A stretch of 64,000 nucleotides of DNA from the human T2T-CHM13v2.0 reference genome, Homo sapiens: the NCBI RefSeq assembly GCF_009914755.1, contig NC_060928.1; one strand, given 5' to 3'. The position numbers and the translations under genes were made by a program. The notes under the pieces were generated by a model, which worked only from the letters and a program-made list of their open reading frames with translations, was not told the origin of the DNA and did not search any database. Shown piece after piece: positions 1 to 13,375 of the stretch. Each line of letters begins with the position of its first letter. The first letter of the stretch is position 1.

Positions 1-1436
1 TGTGAAATAGATTTGTGAGGGCAGCACCTGCATCTTTGAAGAGCCCTGTAATTGGTCTTCTCTGTATGTCAGATCTAACAGTGGGAATTGCAGTCACTCA
101 ACTACAAAATTTAAATACAATGGAAATAATTGGATCCCAAGGTGGCAGGGGCCAAGTGGTGGCACTCAACCATCACAGGCAAGGTGGGCATAGCTACCAT
201 ACTGGACAGCAGAAGCAAAGCAGCAATCAGAATAGTCTGACTGGTGTGGAGCTCTGGCATTGGCTAATTAGTCACGGTGCTCCTAGATGTGAAATTGATA
301 GGAAGCCTACTGCATTCCTACTTAATTTATATAAGCAGAAAACTTCTAGATCAAATAGACAAAAGACTCATTTGAATGATAAAAGCAGAGAATCACAGCC
401 CCTCAGTCAATTTCCAGATTTAAGCCAGTTTATAGACCCAGCACCCCTTGAATGAATGGGAGGCTGGGTCCCCTTGAGGAAGCACCCTACTACACTACTG
501 ACAATTTATGCTGTTAACCTTTCTCCCATCCTTCCCCAAGGAGACCTCTGGCCTTTTACCAAGGTAACTGTGCACTGGGGAAAGGGAAATAATCAGACAC
601 TTCGGGGACTACTTGACACTGGCTCTGAGTTGATGTGGATTCCAGGGGACCTAAAACGTCATTATGGTCCTCCAGTTAAAGTAGGGGCTTATGGAGGTCA
701 GATAATTAATGGAGTTTTAGCTCAAGTCCAACTTACAGTGGGTCCATTGGGTCCCCAGACTCATCCTGTGGTCATTTCTCCAGTGCCAGAATGCATAATT
801 GGCATAGATATACTTAGCAGCTGGCAGAACCCCCACATTGGCATCCTGACTGGTAGGATGAGGATTATTATGGTGGGAAAGGCCAAATGGAAGCCATTAG
901 AGCTGCCTCTACCTAGAAAAATGTAAGTCAAAAACAATATCACAACCCTGTAGGTATTGCGGAGATAAGTACCACCATCAAGGACTTGAAAGACGCAGGG
1001 GTGGTGATTCCACACGACACCTGTGTTCAACTCTCCCATTTGGCCTGTGCAGAAGACAGATGGATCTTGGAAAATGACAGTGGATTATCGTAAGTTTAAC
1101 CAAGTGGTGACTCCAATTGTAGCTGCTGTACCAGATGTGGTTTCATTGCTTGAGCAAATTAACACATCTCCTGGTACCTGGTATGCAGTCACTGACTTGG
1201 CAAATGCCTTTTCCTCCATTCCTTATGTGACATAAGATTTATTGACTTCACATCAGCATTTAAGTATCGTTAACTTTATGTAATAGTATTTGGGTTGGGG
1301 ATTGGTGCATTTCTGGTTGTAGGAAGGATAGTTGTATTATGTTAGGTGTAATTATAAACCTTATTATTGTCTTTATTTGAAGATTATGTATGATCTCAGG
1401 AAATGTATATGGATTCAAGTTGATGAAAGGTGGACT
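1..1436 (+). mobile_element. HERV-L (ERVL) internal region: gag 3' end, protease and 5' part of RT, then a large internal deletion and the 3' internal end/PPT
   Basis: ORFs 15-455 (ERVL gag-like LWHWLISHG), 456-926 (protease active site LLDTGS) and 1023-1235 (RT motifs [25 protein letters not shown]). Jumps at ~1225 to the ERVL 3' tail (atgtgacataag...) ending in a purine tract before the LTR. Confidence 0.93.
456..1235 (+). pseudogene. Disrupted HERV-L pro-pol (aspartic protease + truncated reverse transcriptase)
   Basis: DTG protease motif; stop/frameshift at ~926-1023; RT truncated after [10 protein letters not shown]. Confidence 0.88.
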
Positions 1437-1856
1437 CATGATGGTTAATACTGAGTGTCAACTTGATTGAACTGAAGGATGCAAAGTATTGATCCTGGGT
1501 GTGTCTGTGAGGGTGTTGCCAAAGAAGATTAACATTTGAGTCAGTTGACTGGGAAAGCCAGACCCACCCTTAATCTGGATGGTTACCATCTAATCAGCTA
1601 CCAGTGAATATAAAGCGGGCATAAAAACATGAAGTGACGAGATGGGCCTAGCCTCCCAGCCTACATCTTTCTCTCATGCTGGATGCTTCCTGCTCTCGAA
1701 CAGCAGACTGCAAGTTCTTCAGTTTTGGGACCCAGACTGGCTCTCCTTGCTCCTCAGCTTGCACACAGCCTATTGTGGGACCTTGTGATCATGTGAGTTA
1801 ATACTTAGTAAACTATTAAGTTTCTTACTTCTGTCCCTCTAGATAATCCTAATACA
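1437..1856 (+). mobile_element. MLT2A-type 3' LTR of HERV-L
   Basis: Starts (ca)tgatggttaatactgagtgtcaacttgattg, ends cctaataca; directly follows the PPT. Confidence 0.92.
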
Positions 1857-2269
1857 CAGTGGTTTACCTTTTCTTGAGTTACACTATTCCAAATTCTTTA
1901 CTTTTCTCTCTACTATTAATGTGCTGGATCTTTTATTTTTATTTCAATTTTTTTTTTTTGTTTTTGGAAATGAAGGAGCTTCATTCAAAAGAGTAAATAA
2001 ATCATTTTAAAAATCCATTATTAGAATCTGTTACTGTGTGATAGGAATTGAAATCAAATTGTATAGCTTAGTTATTAAGATATCTCACTAACCAAATTTC
2101 ATATTTTAATTTTCTTTATTTAATACATATATAACTTTTGAAAGGTAAGTTTTATTGTATTATTATTATTTATTATACATTCTTTTTAGAAATATAGTTC
2201 TCTAGGCAAAATATTTCTAAGGAGTATATTGTAATATTCTTTTGGACTAGAGAAAGCATCTATTCCCAA

Positions 2270-2470
2270 ACCAGACTCTGGTTTAGTCTCTCCTTTACTC
2301 CCGTCCATGTCCTGTGTGCCCTTGGGAAAGTCACTTAAGGATTCTGTACTTCTATTTCCTCATCTGTAAAATCAGAATAATTTAAAAATCACCAACATCA
2401 CAGAGTTATTATAAAGACCAATTGAGTTGTATGTACAGAAAACAATAAGCACTCAACAAATTCTAGTGGT
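2270..2470 (+). mobile_element. MIR SINE
   Basis: Core ccttgggaaagtcacttaa...tttcctcatctgtaaaat; tail aagcactcaacaaa. Confidence 0.8.
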
Positions 2471-3003
2471 TATATTTTTTTTTAGTTTCCACAAAACATA
2501 GAAAAACCAAACTCAGTATATTGTATTGGAAAGATGTTAATGACACATTACATTTGATTTATGTTTTTGCTTGTAACAAATAGATGGGCTTTTATGTTTT
2601 GATATATTTGATATATATATGTTTGATATATTTAATATATGAAAACATAAAATAATTTTATGTTTGAAGGATGGCAAGTGGCTCAGAAAGGCTATGAAGT
2701 TTGCATCTTAGGAGAATGGCGGAAATCAACAGATGAGGGAGATTTGAATGTGATATCCTAAGAACTTTGGAATTTTGAACTCAAAAAGAGAGTCACACTT
2801 ACAGACTAAGAAAAAAAAAGGATTATATGATTAAATTTACACTTGAAAAATCAGACGATTGGCAATGGAGGCACTGTAATATAGAATAATGATATCTGTA
2901 TAGCAAGCATAATAACAGGAATCTGAGAATAGTGTCTTAAATGTTAAACAACACTAAAGTAAATCATTCTAGGAAATATCTCTCTTTAGTAACAATTATT
3001 TAC

Positions 3004-3056
3004 CTAAAGTCATCAAGATGTTCTCCCAGTTAGTAAAAATCATGTCCAAATTTCCA
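3004..3056 (-). CDS. Candidate internal coding exon, 53 nt (alternative acceptor at 3065 gives 62 nt): (R)GNLDMIFTNWENILMTL
   Basis: Minus strand atttttcag|...ACTTTAG|gtaaat. Open only in phase 2, matching the phase-2 end of exon 3827-3872. Confidence 0.4.
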
Positions 3057-3826
3057 CTGAAAAATCTGCAGAATTGAGGCAGCAAATCTCTAAAGTGACC
3101 CTCAGAACAATTAATAGAGATCAAAAGCAAAGTTCACCAAAATATTCCATTGAAATTGCATATATTAATAGCAAAGATATACAAAAATGTTTATTCAAAT
3201 TGAAATTTTTAAATAGATTATGTTGGTTTCCAAGGGGACTCTTGACAGTCATTAATTCCAAGTAGCACTTAACTTCATCTTCTTCACACATAAACACAAG
3301 TACTATCTGTAATAAGCAGGCACATGTTGAAAATAGACAGTCTTCACTGAGTGAATATCTAAATGACCTGTAAAAAGAATTATCTTTCCATTCTATCTCA
3401 GATTATGCACTATTATAAAAAGGTGTGGTCACACACATCTGATCTCTCAAGGCTACGAGGATACATTATGTCCTACATTTAACATTATTACTGTGATGAA
3501 TGTTTGATTTCTGAATTGTTGGAAGGGAATTTGTACAAGGATTCCATGGCACAACTACTGAAGAGAAAGACACTCCTTCTTCAGCCAAATGCCTTCTCAA
3601 CTCATTTCAGGGGAATTCTGACTCAGTGTGTTAACAGAAGCTCTGCATTATCTGATTCTCATCTGGGCTAGAAGAAATGGCATCCCAAATTCCATGTAAT
3701 TCTAATCTCAGATAAAAACAGACATTAACATTCACAGAATTGCCTTCTTGTTAATTTGACTCTGTCTTTACTAAGTCCATTAAAACGCAATGCAATAAAA
3801 CCTGTGAAATTAATTTCTCCACTTAC

Positions 3827-3872
3827 CGGTCATTTATGACAGAATTCATACGTTCCTCAAACCATTCTAAAC
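3827..3872 (-). CDS. Candidate internal coding exon, 46 nt: (G)LEWFEERMNSVIND(R)
   Basis: Acceptor ccattttttcctgcttag|, donor CCG|gtaagt; open only in phase 1; two CpGs retained in CpG-poor non-repeat DNA. Confidence 0.62.
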
Positions 3873-4109
3873 CTAAGCAGGAAAAAATGGCATTGCTTTT
3901 ACAGTTTTCAAAGTATTACATCTTTCCAAACACTTCTCATTTTATGGAAGCTGAGGTTTCAAAGGGTAATTGTATTTTGTCTGAGTATATAACATCAGTA
4001 AAGCAGAGATAGTGTAATTCCTATTAATAGTAAAATCAAATGGAAGAAAATTACTCAGTGTGATTTGTCACTACACTGGACTTTTGTAGCCATAGCTTGC
4101 AGTATGTAA

Positions 4110-4230
4110 CTGATTTATTCATTCCACAAATGTTTATTAAAAACCTACCCCTGTGATAGATGGTGGGAGAAGTGCAGAGATACGTAAAATTGTCCCTATT
4201 TTCAAAGAGATTTCAAATCCACACTGTGTT
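4110..4230 (-). mobile_element. L2 3' fragment
   Basis: tttattcattccacaaatgtttatt matches the reverse complement of the L2 3' end. Confidence 0.55.
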
Positions 4231-4243
4231 ATTAGGAAAGAAG

Positions 4244-4246
<3 letters not shown>

Positions 4247-4290
<44 letters not shown>
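4247..4290. repeat. (GT)22 microsatellite
   Basis: Read directly from the sequence. Confidence 0.98.
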
Positions 4291-4292
<2 letters not shown>

Positions 4293-7104
4293 CATTTTAC
4301 GAAAACCTACCATTAAAAAATAGACTACATCAAATAGTTTTATTTTTCAACCTTCCTCATGAACACAATGTTTTAAAATATTTGTGAATCCCAAGTTGGC
4401 AATCACAACAAGCTTAAGCACATACTGGCATACAATACCTGCTTTTTCCTCTGGTAATTTTAAGGGAAACAAAGTTTAAAATATTACCTAAATAGATTCA
4501 CATGTCTAAAAGATTCTATGATATGATCTATAAATATATTTAAAAAGTAACAATCATTAACAGGAAAGAAACATTTCTTCTATAAGATATTTGTTTATAT
4601 TCAATGCATAACTTAGAGAAGATGAATTCACCTAGTTTTTTCCTTTACAAGTAAACCACTGTGTTTCCCAGGAGAGTTTTGTGAACCAGTTAGTATTCTG
4701 TGATTTGGCAGGCAGATGCCTTTTTAGTACAAGTTTTTAGCTTGACCACTATTGAATTTACTCTTTTATGTTTTCTCTTGTAGCCACTGTGTACCCTGGG
4801 ACAGTCATCAAACAGTATCTTTGAGTAACAGTTTCCACTTTCATTCATTTTGACACACAGTATTCTTAATTGGCTTTCCTCTGAAAAGAGAACTTACTCT
4901 GAAATGCTTTTCAGTCTGCATCATTTCTCCTATGTGCCTCATTTGTAAGGAACTCCCTTTGATGGTATAACCCATAAATGTGATTTCATTTCTAAAATGC
5001 CACCTAGAACATGCTACTTATCCACTATTTACCTGCACAGTGTAGAAACATTACATGCATTAAGAAGTGGTAAATACCTTTCAGTCTGCAAGTGCAGTAT
5101 CATTGTCTTGAAAGTTTAAGTGCAACAATTTCTGTATCTCCATATACTATATGAAAATCTTCCTTTTAATGTAGCAAGAATTTGTGAGACAATCAGAAGA
5201 TAGGCTAGTTATCTCTAAATGGTTCTGAAAGGAAGACTTACATAACTATCTTTCTGCCCTATCCTTGCTAAATGTGAGTGTTCAACAGCAGCAATTTTGG
5301 CAACACTAATCTACCAATAAGTGTTTTTGAATGCTGCTAAAACGTTAGCATTTATACTTCATTTGGGCATGAAGCATTTTTTTATGTATGAAATAACATA
5401 AGACACATACTTCCTGTTCACAGATACAAAATGAGAAGTACTAGTAGATCTATCCTTTTTTTTCTCTCACTGGTGACATAACTCTACTTCTAAAACAAAA
5501 GGCATTTATTGGAAATAATGTTTACCTTTTCCTTCTCAACTGTGGGAAACAGAAAGACTGAGGTTTTTATAGTAGCCAGGTCCAACTTTGCCACAGTCTG
5601 TTGCAATTCCATGTGATCCCACCTTGTCACAACAGGAAGCAAGTTAATAAACATATAATTTGCCCTGAGGACTTTACCTGTGAAAATACTAGCGACTTTC
5701 TTCTTTCACCAAGCAAAAAAAGACTTCTACATTGATCCCACTCCTGTTATTAACAAAAATAGCAAGAAATTCATACAAATTTGGAAATTTCCAGCACTTA
5801 TTTTCAATTATTTTTTTCAAAGGTGTTAAAGTTGATACCCCAAGTAGAAAATAACTTTCTTGAGTTGTGTAGTACTTTTCTACTTATACCTTATAGTAAT
5901 TTGGCAATCAAATAATAATTAGCAATTGTTAGCATTGATTATGAGGTGTCTTTATCTTACATCATTCTACCCAGAAACCTTGACTATTTCTACAACCTTC
6001 TATTTCCAATCTCATTCTTCTATTACAAGAAATATAGGGTGTGAAAAGGATGGACAAGGATGAATAAATAGTACAGTCTTCTTCTTTTAACCATTTTAAG
6101 ATTAATAAGCTGTCACTTACACTTTTGTTTGTCAATACACATATAGAACCATAGAAAAGAAACAAAGAGAAGAAAGAAACATGCATGGGAGAAGGTGATG
6201 CTAATAAGAGCTATGGTAAATGAAGAAAAGAAACGATAGTTGGAAAAGGAGGAAGGTACAGCTGCCTCTGTTGCCAGAGTTAGAGGGAAGCAGTTTTGTT
6301 CTGGTCTTTGAGGCCAGTAGAATATTCTGGTGTGATATTATCCTGAGCAAACTTTCCCCATCACTGCTGCACTTATTAAATTTTGGTTTATTGAATTCCA
6401 TTGCAACTTAGAAATCCACAAATATATTTTTACGAGATCCAAAAAAGCTATTCATAGAGCCAAATTCGTGCCATGAATTTGATGAAAACTTGCTGGAACC
6501 CACAATGAATGGTTCAAAAATGACTCCACAATGCTTTAATTCCAAAACCATAGATCTGGCTGACCTAACCTGACCCAGTTATGTTTTTCCTGGCTACCTC
6601 TTCAAATACTACTAGTTCTCTTGTTTCAGGACTATTTCAAAAAATATTGTCTCCCTCGTCACACACACTTTTCAGGGTTTTATTGGTTTCTCAAGTGTTG
6701 CTGTAAGGCTGGAGATTGTCAGTTATAAAATTCATAGGTTGTTGGTAACATAAGCTGAATATCTCCAATTTATTTAAAAACAACTACTATACAAGATTTC
6801 TGAGTCAGCCAGATTTTCAAATTCAAAACCATGTCCAACTTACGTTTGCATTTTTAATGTGTTATTATTTTCCACTGCCCTGCAAACCCTTTTACTCTAG
6901 TTCAACATCTATTCGAAGACTGTGAAACGCAGGAGATGTTACAAACATATTCACATATAAAGAGTCTCACATTGGCCATCTAATTAAAACCTTAGGCCAA
7001 ATATTAGAGGCAACAGATAGATAATGAAGTCAAACTTTGTAAGAGACGTTATAAACAAAATTACTTCTGGTTTCCCTTGCACTTTCAATCATGTAACGCA
7101 ATTA

Positions 7105-7512
7105 GTCTTAGTCTGTTTTGTGCTGCTATAACAGAACACCAGAAACTGTGTAACATATAAAGAACAAGTATTTATTGCTTACAGCTCTGGAGCGTGAGAA
7201 GTCCAAGATCAAGGCGCCATCTGGTTTACCATCTGTTGAGGGTCCGGTATCTGTTTCCAAGATGAAAGCTTAAATGCTGCATCTTCCAGAGGGAAGAAAC
7301 ACCAGGTCTTCAGATGGCAGAAGGCAGAAGGGAAAAAATAATGTCAAACTCCGTCCATCAAATTATTTTATAAGAGCACCTAATCCCATTCATAAGAGAG
7401 GAGACTTCCTGGCTCAATCACCTCTCAAAGGCCATGCTTCCCAATACTGTTACATTTGGGATTAAGTTTCAACATGAATATTTAAAGGGAACAAAACATT
7501 CAAGTATAGCCA
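7105..7512 (-). mobile_element. MaLR solo LTR (MST/MLT1A-type)
   Basis: gtcttagtctgttttgtgctgctataacagaa...gaagtccaagatcaaggcgcca...ggattaagtttcaacatgaat. Confidence 0.85.
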
Positions 7513-7915
7513 TAGTTTACCACTTAATTATCCTTTAATTGCTTCTAGTGAATAATTAATATTGTCCCCAATTGTTTTCTGTGGTCCTTAAGGGCAAGCA
7601 GCTTTAGTAATATTAAGGATCCTATCAGTATTAGGAAGCTAATGAGTATTCCCTAAGTACTTCTGAGTGACTCTTGATTACTGGAATACACTTATTTTTC
7701 AATATCTAAAATGACTTCCCAGTACAAACCAAACATCATCTGGGTCACAATTCACCTTAAATATAAAGATATCATTGACAAAATGGATTGAATCTCCAGT
7801 GCTTGGTTTTTAGGAAATTTCACCTCCAGAGACTTACAGTGTGAGTGTGATAACTTCTGACACCAGCACTCCTATTTCAGATATTACTATGATTTGAATT
7901 ACTTAGATCCCATGA

Positions 7916-8153
<238 letters not shown>

Positions 8154-8555
8154 TAGATCTTTTATTTGATTCACAAATACATAAATACACAAAGTCTATG
8201 CATAAATAGAAGACTCTATTAAAATATAAAAGTGGGGGATGAGTTGGACTGCAACAGTCCAAACTACTTGCAACTTAAACCTAATTGCTCCTCTTCCAAA
8301 AATTCATTTGGCCCCCACTGTAAGTAGTGCTCAAGCCATCTAATTTTCTTTTTAGTTCCTTTTTCTCTCTGCTATGCTGTCTCCTGAATTCTTATTTCCT
8401 AAGATAATATCCTTATATATCCTATGGTATTATTCCTAGAGCTACAACTTTTTAATATTCTATGATTAGGAGAAATTAAGCTCTCCAAGTTGAAGTTGAA
8501 AAGTAATGTCCAGGAGCTTAGCTGCATAGACACTAAAATCTTCAGACAGTTTTAC

Positions 8556-8615
8556 CTAGCAATCTATTTTTCTTGTCTATTCCAGAATTTCCTTCATTAT
8601 CAAAAGTTCCAATTG
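8556..8615 (-). CDS. Candidate frame-preserving exon, 60 nt: IGTFDNEGNSGIDKKNRLL
   Basis: Acceptor catttcccctgcatttctcctag|, donor CTAG|gtaaaa; open only in phase 1, which is the phase exon 3827-3872 needs. Confidence 0.48.
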
Positions 8616-9856
8616 CTAGGAGAAATGCAGGGGAAATGTTTGGAATATTTCTTAATGTTATAAGAGATATCACTAGACTTTAAGAATATCTTTCTAATCT
8701 TAAAAAATTAAAGAATCACAAGATCAGATGCAAAATCACAGATTATATAATATCCCTCAGAACCTGTTCATAATAATCTAAAGGAAAGGATAATTCAGGA
8801 GCGTCCAGGACAGCCTCTGCTATAAGAGAAGGGAAATGAGAACCAACATTTCTTGAGCATACCCAGTGTTCCAGGCTTCATCTTTCACAATGAGGGTGAG
8901 GAACAACTGAAAAGATCAAATATGTGAATCTTAGTGCAGCAAAAATTCAAACAAAGTCAGGATGATGAGATGTATGAATTTCTCAGCCAGTAATCACTCA
9001 GTATTTATTCAGGAGCCAGTTTTATACTATTACATGTTTCCCTTAAACTATTTTGTTAGGTATATCCTGCTGCTATATAACCAAATTTGAAGTGAGTTGT
9101 GATAAAATAAAAAATAAAATCAGAGGCCTGGAAATTTAACTAGATGAAGGCAAAGTTAACCAGAAGAAACACAGAAATATAAGTCAGAGGGTGCTCTAAA
9201 ATAACAAAATATTGATACAAAATTGGCACTGAGCCTTTTGGCTAGAACAGTAAAAAGTCAATTAGTTAAAAAATTCACATTTTGCATTATTAACATATGA
9301 ATCAGATGCATGAGAGAAATAAAGATTTTCTTTCATTTATTTCTATAAAATTTTGATGATTAATGTAGTGGATAGCCATTCAAAAAAATTCTGACTAACA
9401 ACGCAAGAGCAGCGTGTGCATATAAATACTTTATGTACTTCAATGAATAAGAATGCAACTCACTAGCATAAATTCAATAGAAGAACTAAGAAATCAGCCT
9501 AAAATATGCAGCCACCTGTTGCCAAAATAATCAAGAATAAAATGAATAAAATAAACGTCCTTTAAAATATCCTTCCTTTATAACCAGTCTTGGTAGAAGA
9601 TGGTTTTTGAATGACTTCAAAGACACAATCTCTAGCAAGAATTTAAAATTTAGGTATTGACTCTACCTTATAAGGACAGAGGCATATGATTTTCATGCAC
9701 GTGAATGCATTTGGAAAGATATAATACGAAGTGTCAATAATGTTTGTCCAAGGAAGTATAATTGTAAATATATTGTGTTTTGTATTTTTTTGTTCTAATT
9801 TCTTTAAGATTTAATGTGAAGAGGATTATCTACAGGTATGCCAGAGACCCCCTCAC

Positions 9857-9897
9857 CTTGTTCTGACTGTTTGAGACTTTCATCACTCCTTAATAAG
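9857..9897 (-). CDS. Weak candidate exon, 41 nt (phase 2->1): LLRSDESLKQSEQ
   Basis: Strong donor CAAG|gtgagg, weak acceptor gttgatgatag|; open only in phase 2. Confidence 0.22.
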
Positions 9898-10169
9898 CTA
9901 TCATCAACACAGATATCAATTATGTTGATAACATGTAGCTGCATGCTACAGACAAGTGCACTCTCCATGCTGTAGCCACATGCATTCGATATTTCAGAGG
10001 AGCCAAAAATACTTGGCTCAGCTTAGTGGTGGGCCACAGTTAACAAACAAACAAACAAACAATAAAGGTAAGCATACAGAAATGCACCAAGGTAGGGAAA
10101 AAAAATAGTAAAAATTAAAGATTATGATGTCCCTACATAAGAGCAATATTTACTTTAAAAAAACTGAAG

Positions 10170-10410
10170 AAAAGTAAAAGGTCTGTGGGGTTTAATCGAT
10201 TATAAGGTCAAAATGAGTCAACAGTGTAGAACAATAGCCAAAAATGTTACTGTAAGTATGACCTACACACAGCACATTCAGAACAAAAGAAATGAGCACC
10301 CTGCTGTATTCTACAACTAGCATACTGCAAATGGAGTACTGACTCCTGGTTAGGGGTCTACAATTTGAAGGACAATCTGGAGAGAGTCCATTGAGTAAAT
10401 AACCAACATA
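10170..10410 (+). mobile_element. L3/CR1 relic
   Basis: aaatgagtcaacagtgt...gcaaatggagtact...tctggagagagtcca resembles CR1/L3. Confidence 0.5.
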
Positions 10411-10428
10411 TTAATAAAAGAAAGCTAA

Positions 10429-10753
<325 letters not shown>

Positions 10754-10999
10754 AAAAGAAAGCTAAGTAGGTATTGGCATTAGAAATTTTAAGTCTGAAG
10801 ATGTGAAAATTTAGGGACTGGGAAAAATGATCAGATTTTCAAACATGAGAAAGGAGGGCATGACGAAAAGGGGCACATAGTCTTACTCTACTTAACCCAA
10901 ACATAGCGCACCTAGGCAGTGATAATACATGTTGTCTCAATGAAAGAAGACCTTTGTCCTCTGATTTTAGTTAGGTTTCATGACAGTTTATGTCTTTGT

Positions 11000-11790
11000 T
11001 TTTTCACTTTCCACTATTTTCAAACTGTTTAGTCTGGTATTTATCCTCATTACTATACCAAACCAGTTCTTGAGAAGATCTGCATGTTAATCAATATTTC
11101 AGAAGTTATTATCCTCCATTTCAACAATGTTCGACAGTGTCATTCACTTCCTTTTTCTTGATGCATCTGCTTTCCTTGACTTCCATGAAACCATACTAAC
11201 CTAATTTTCCTCCAAGCCCTCCAGTTACTGTGTAACTGTTTTGAATCTTATTCTCCCACAATATTCAAGTTAAGAACCTCTTTCTTCTTATCATTCTATA
11301 TTCTCCCCTTAAGTGACAAGAAGAGATCTCACAAATTTAAATATAGATCACATACCTCTCTTCTGAATTCCAGATCAATATATGTTAACTGCCTACATGA
11401 AGTCTCCTACTGTTTCTCTTAAAGATACCTCAAACATTACATATCCAAAACTAGACTAGGATTCCCTCCTCCCTTCCTCCCACCCGAAAATCTTGCTATT
11501 CCTCTAGTATTCCCTGAGTGAATAGCAACACCAACAACTCTATTATACAAGCTAATACCTTTTGTATAGCCTTGAAACTCCCTCTTCCTCTCCACTCATG
11601 ATCAATTCCTTACCATGTTCTATAGATTTAATTTCCAATTATTTTGGAAATAATTTCACTTGTTATCACCTCACCAGCACTCTAGGACAAGTCACCACCA
11701 TGACTCATCCATACTTTTAAAAATGTTAGCTTCCCAGCAGGTCTACTATGATTCTCTGCATCCACTCATTATGCCACCCATTTTGAATCA
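11000..11790 (+). mobile_element. L2 LINE fragment (continues after the MLT1 insertion)
   Basis: ccttgacttccatgaaaccatac...cctctcttctgaattccagatc...cctcaaacattacatatccaaaactag. Confidence 0.75.
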
Positions 11791-11798
11791 TTCATGTT

Positions 11799-12395
11799 TG
11801 TATTCCTTTTCTGTTGCTCCCAAACACATTACCACAAAGATGGAAGCTTCAAACAATGCTCTTCTATTAATTCATAGTTTCTCTGGGTTAAAAGTGTGGC
11901 CAAAGGAAGGTTCAGCTTGCTCCTCTATTCTAGGTCCACACAATCAAAATCAAGGTGTAGACATGGCTTTGGGGAAGAACCTGTTTCCAGTCTCACTCAG
12001 GTTGTTGAACTAAGTTAGTTTCTCTGATTGAAGGACTGAGGTCTCTGTTTCCTTGCTGACTCTCCCCCAAGGGCCACCTTTAGCTCCTTGAAGTCTCAGT
12101 ACATTCCTTCATGTGGACTCCTACATCTCAGAACCAAGTGTCAATCCCTACTCCCTGGTGGAACCTCTGACTTTCCCTTCTGCTGTATCTGTCTGCCTCC
12201 AGTCAAGGAAAGTTATGCACTTAAAGCTCTTGTGATTAGATTGAATGTACCGATATAATCCAAGATAATATCTCTATTTTAAGGCCCATAACCTTAACTA
12301 TATCTGCAAAGTCTCTTCTGCCATCTAACATAGCATATACATAGGTGCCAGGGGTTAGAACATGGACATTTCTAGGGGGCCATTCCACCTACCAA
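11799..12395 (-). mobile_element. MLT1C/D-type MaLR LTR inserted in L2
   Basis: tgtattccttttctgttgct...attaccacaaa...gattagattg...gataatatctctattttaagg...gggggccattccacctacca. Confidence 0.82.
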
Positions 12396-12419
12396 AATGG
12401 TCCATTCAATGTTTCCAGT

Positions 12420-12489
12420 CTAGACCAATTATGAGGACTGAAATAAAGATGTCAGAACAGTTTTGTGAACTTTGTCTGACATGTATCTT
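12420..12489. repeat. 70-bp direct repeat, copy 1 (internal hairpin)
   Basis: 66/70 identical to 13306-13375. Confidence 0.95.
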
Positions 12490-12499
12490 GACTCATAAA

Positions 12500-12990
12500 G
12501 ACAAATCTCCTTGACAGAGTCAACACAGCTCTGTAATATATGAACTAAATTTACTTCTCCAACCTCAACTGATACAATGTTCTTGTCATTTTCCTGAGCC
12601 CAGCTACTACTGGTTTTCTTGCAGAATCTCACACTTTCTAGGCTTCTGCGCTTCATGAGGATGTTGTGCATACTAATTTCTCTTCCTAGAAAATCTTCCC
12701 ATCACTTTTTTTTTCCTCAGGTAACTTTTACTTTTCCTTCCGTTCTTACCTCGAGCCAGATTTCCTGACTAAGTCTAAATTCTATTTGTAGCCCTGTGTG
12801 CCAACTCTTTGTAATCTGTCACATTTACAAGTTTACATTAGTCTGTGATTATTTAACTATCATGTCTCCTCAGTCAACAGCACCATGTGGCAGGGGGAAT
12901 TTCCTGTGTGTATGCACCTCAGTGTCGCCAGTGACTGGCAAAGTGCTTGTCACCTGAGAGATGATCAATAGACATTCTTTCAGTTAATGT
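12500..12990 (+). mobile_element. L2 3' portion
   Basis: ttcctagaaaatcttccc...gtgcttgtcacctgagagatgatcaata resembles the L2 3' end. Confidence 0.65.
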
Positions 12991-13305
12991 TCTGTGAAGA
13001 GTAACAAGTAAAATTGCTCCATCACAGAATGGCTAAATTGACATTCATAAATTTCCTGTAATGGATTTTTCATTAATAACATATTTCAATATCATATCAT
13101 AATGATATCATATTACATGTCTATTTTAATATCATATTGCATATACAATAATAAGGTGCCATTAGTCCTATAAATCTTAGACTATACCTTGACCATAGTC
13201 AGTTTTAGTTTTGCCTTATAATATTTAAATGGGTTTTTTTGTTTATTTTTCAACTGAAGAACCAAGAAAACAGGTGCTAATCATTGCAACATTACAAAGG
13301 AGGTG

Positions 13306-13375
13306 CTAGACCACGTATGAGGACTGAAATAGAGATGTCAGAACAGTTTTGTGAACTTTGTCTGACATGTGTCTT
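13306..13375. repeat. 70-bp direct repeat, copy 2
   Basis: Offset 886 bp from copy 1. Confidence 0.95.

Noticed and set aside
5678-5743. 66-nt minus-strand AG/GT segment (EWDQCRSLFLLGERRKSLVFSQ)
   Set aside because: Open only in phase 0, incompatible with the flanking phase-1 exons; at most a poison exon. It shows that chance pseudo-exons occur here.
8570-8605. EF-hand-like loop DNEGNSGIDKKN in the candidate peptide
   Set aside because: Lacks Gly at loop position 6 and Glu/Asp at position 12; the resemblance is superficial.
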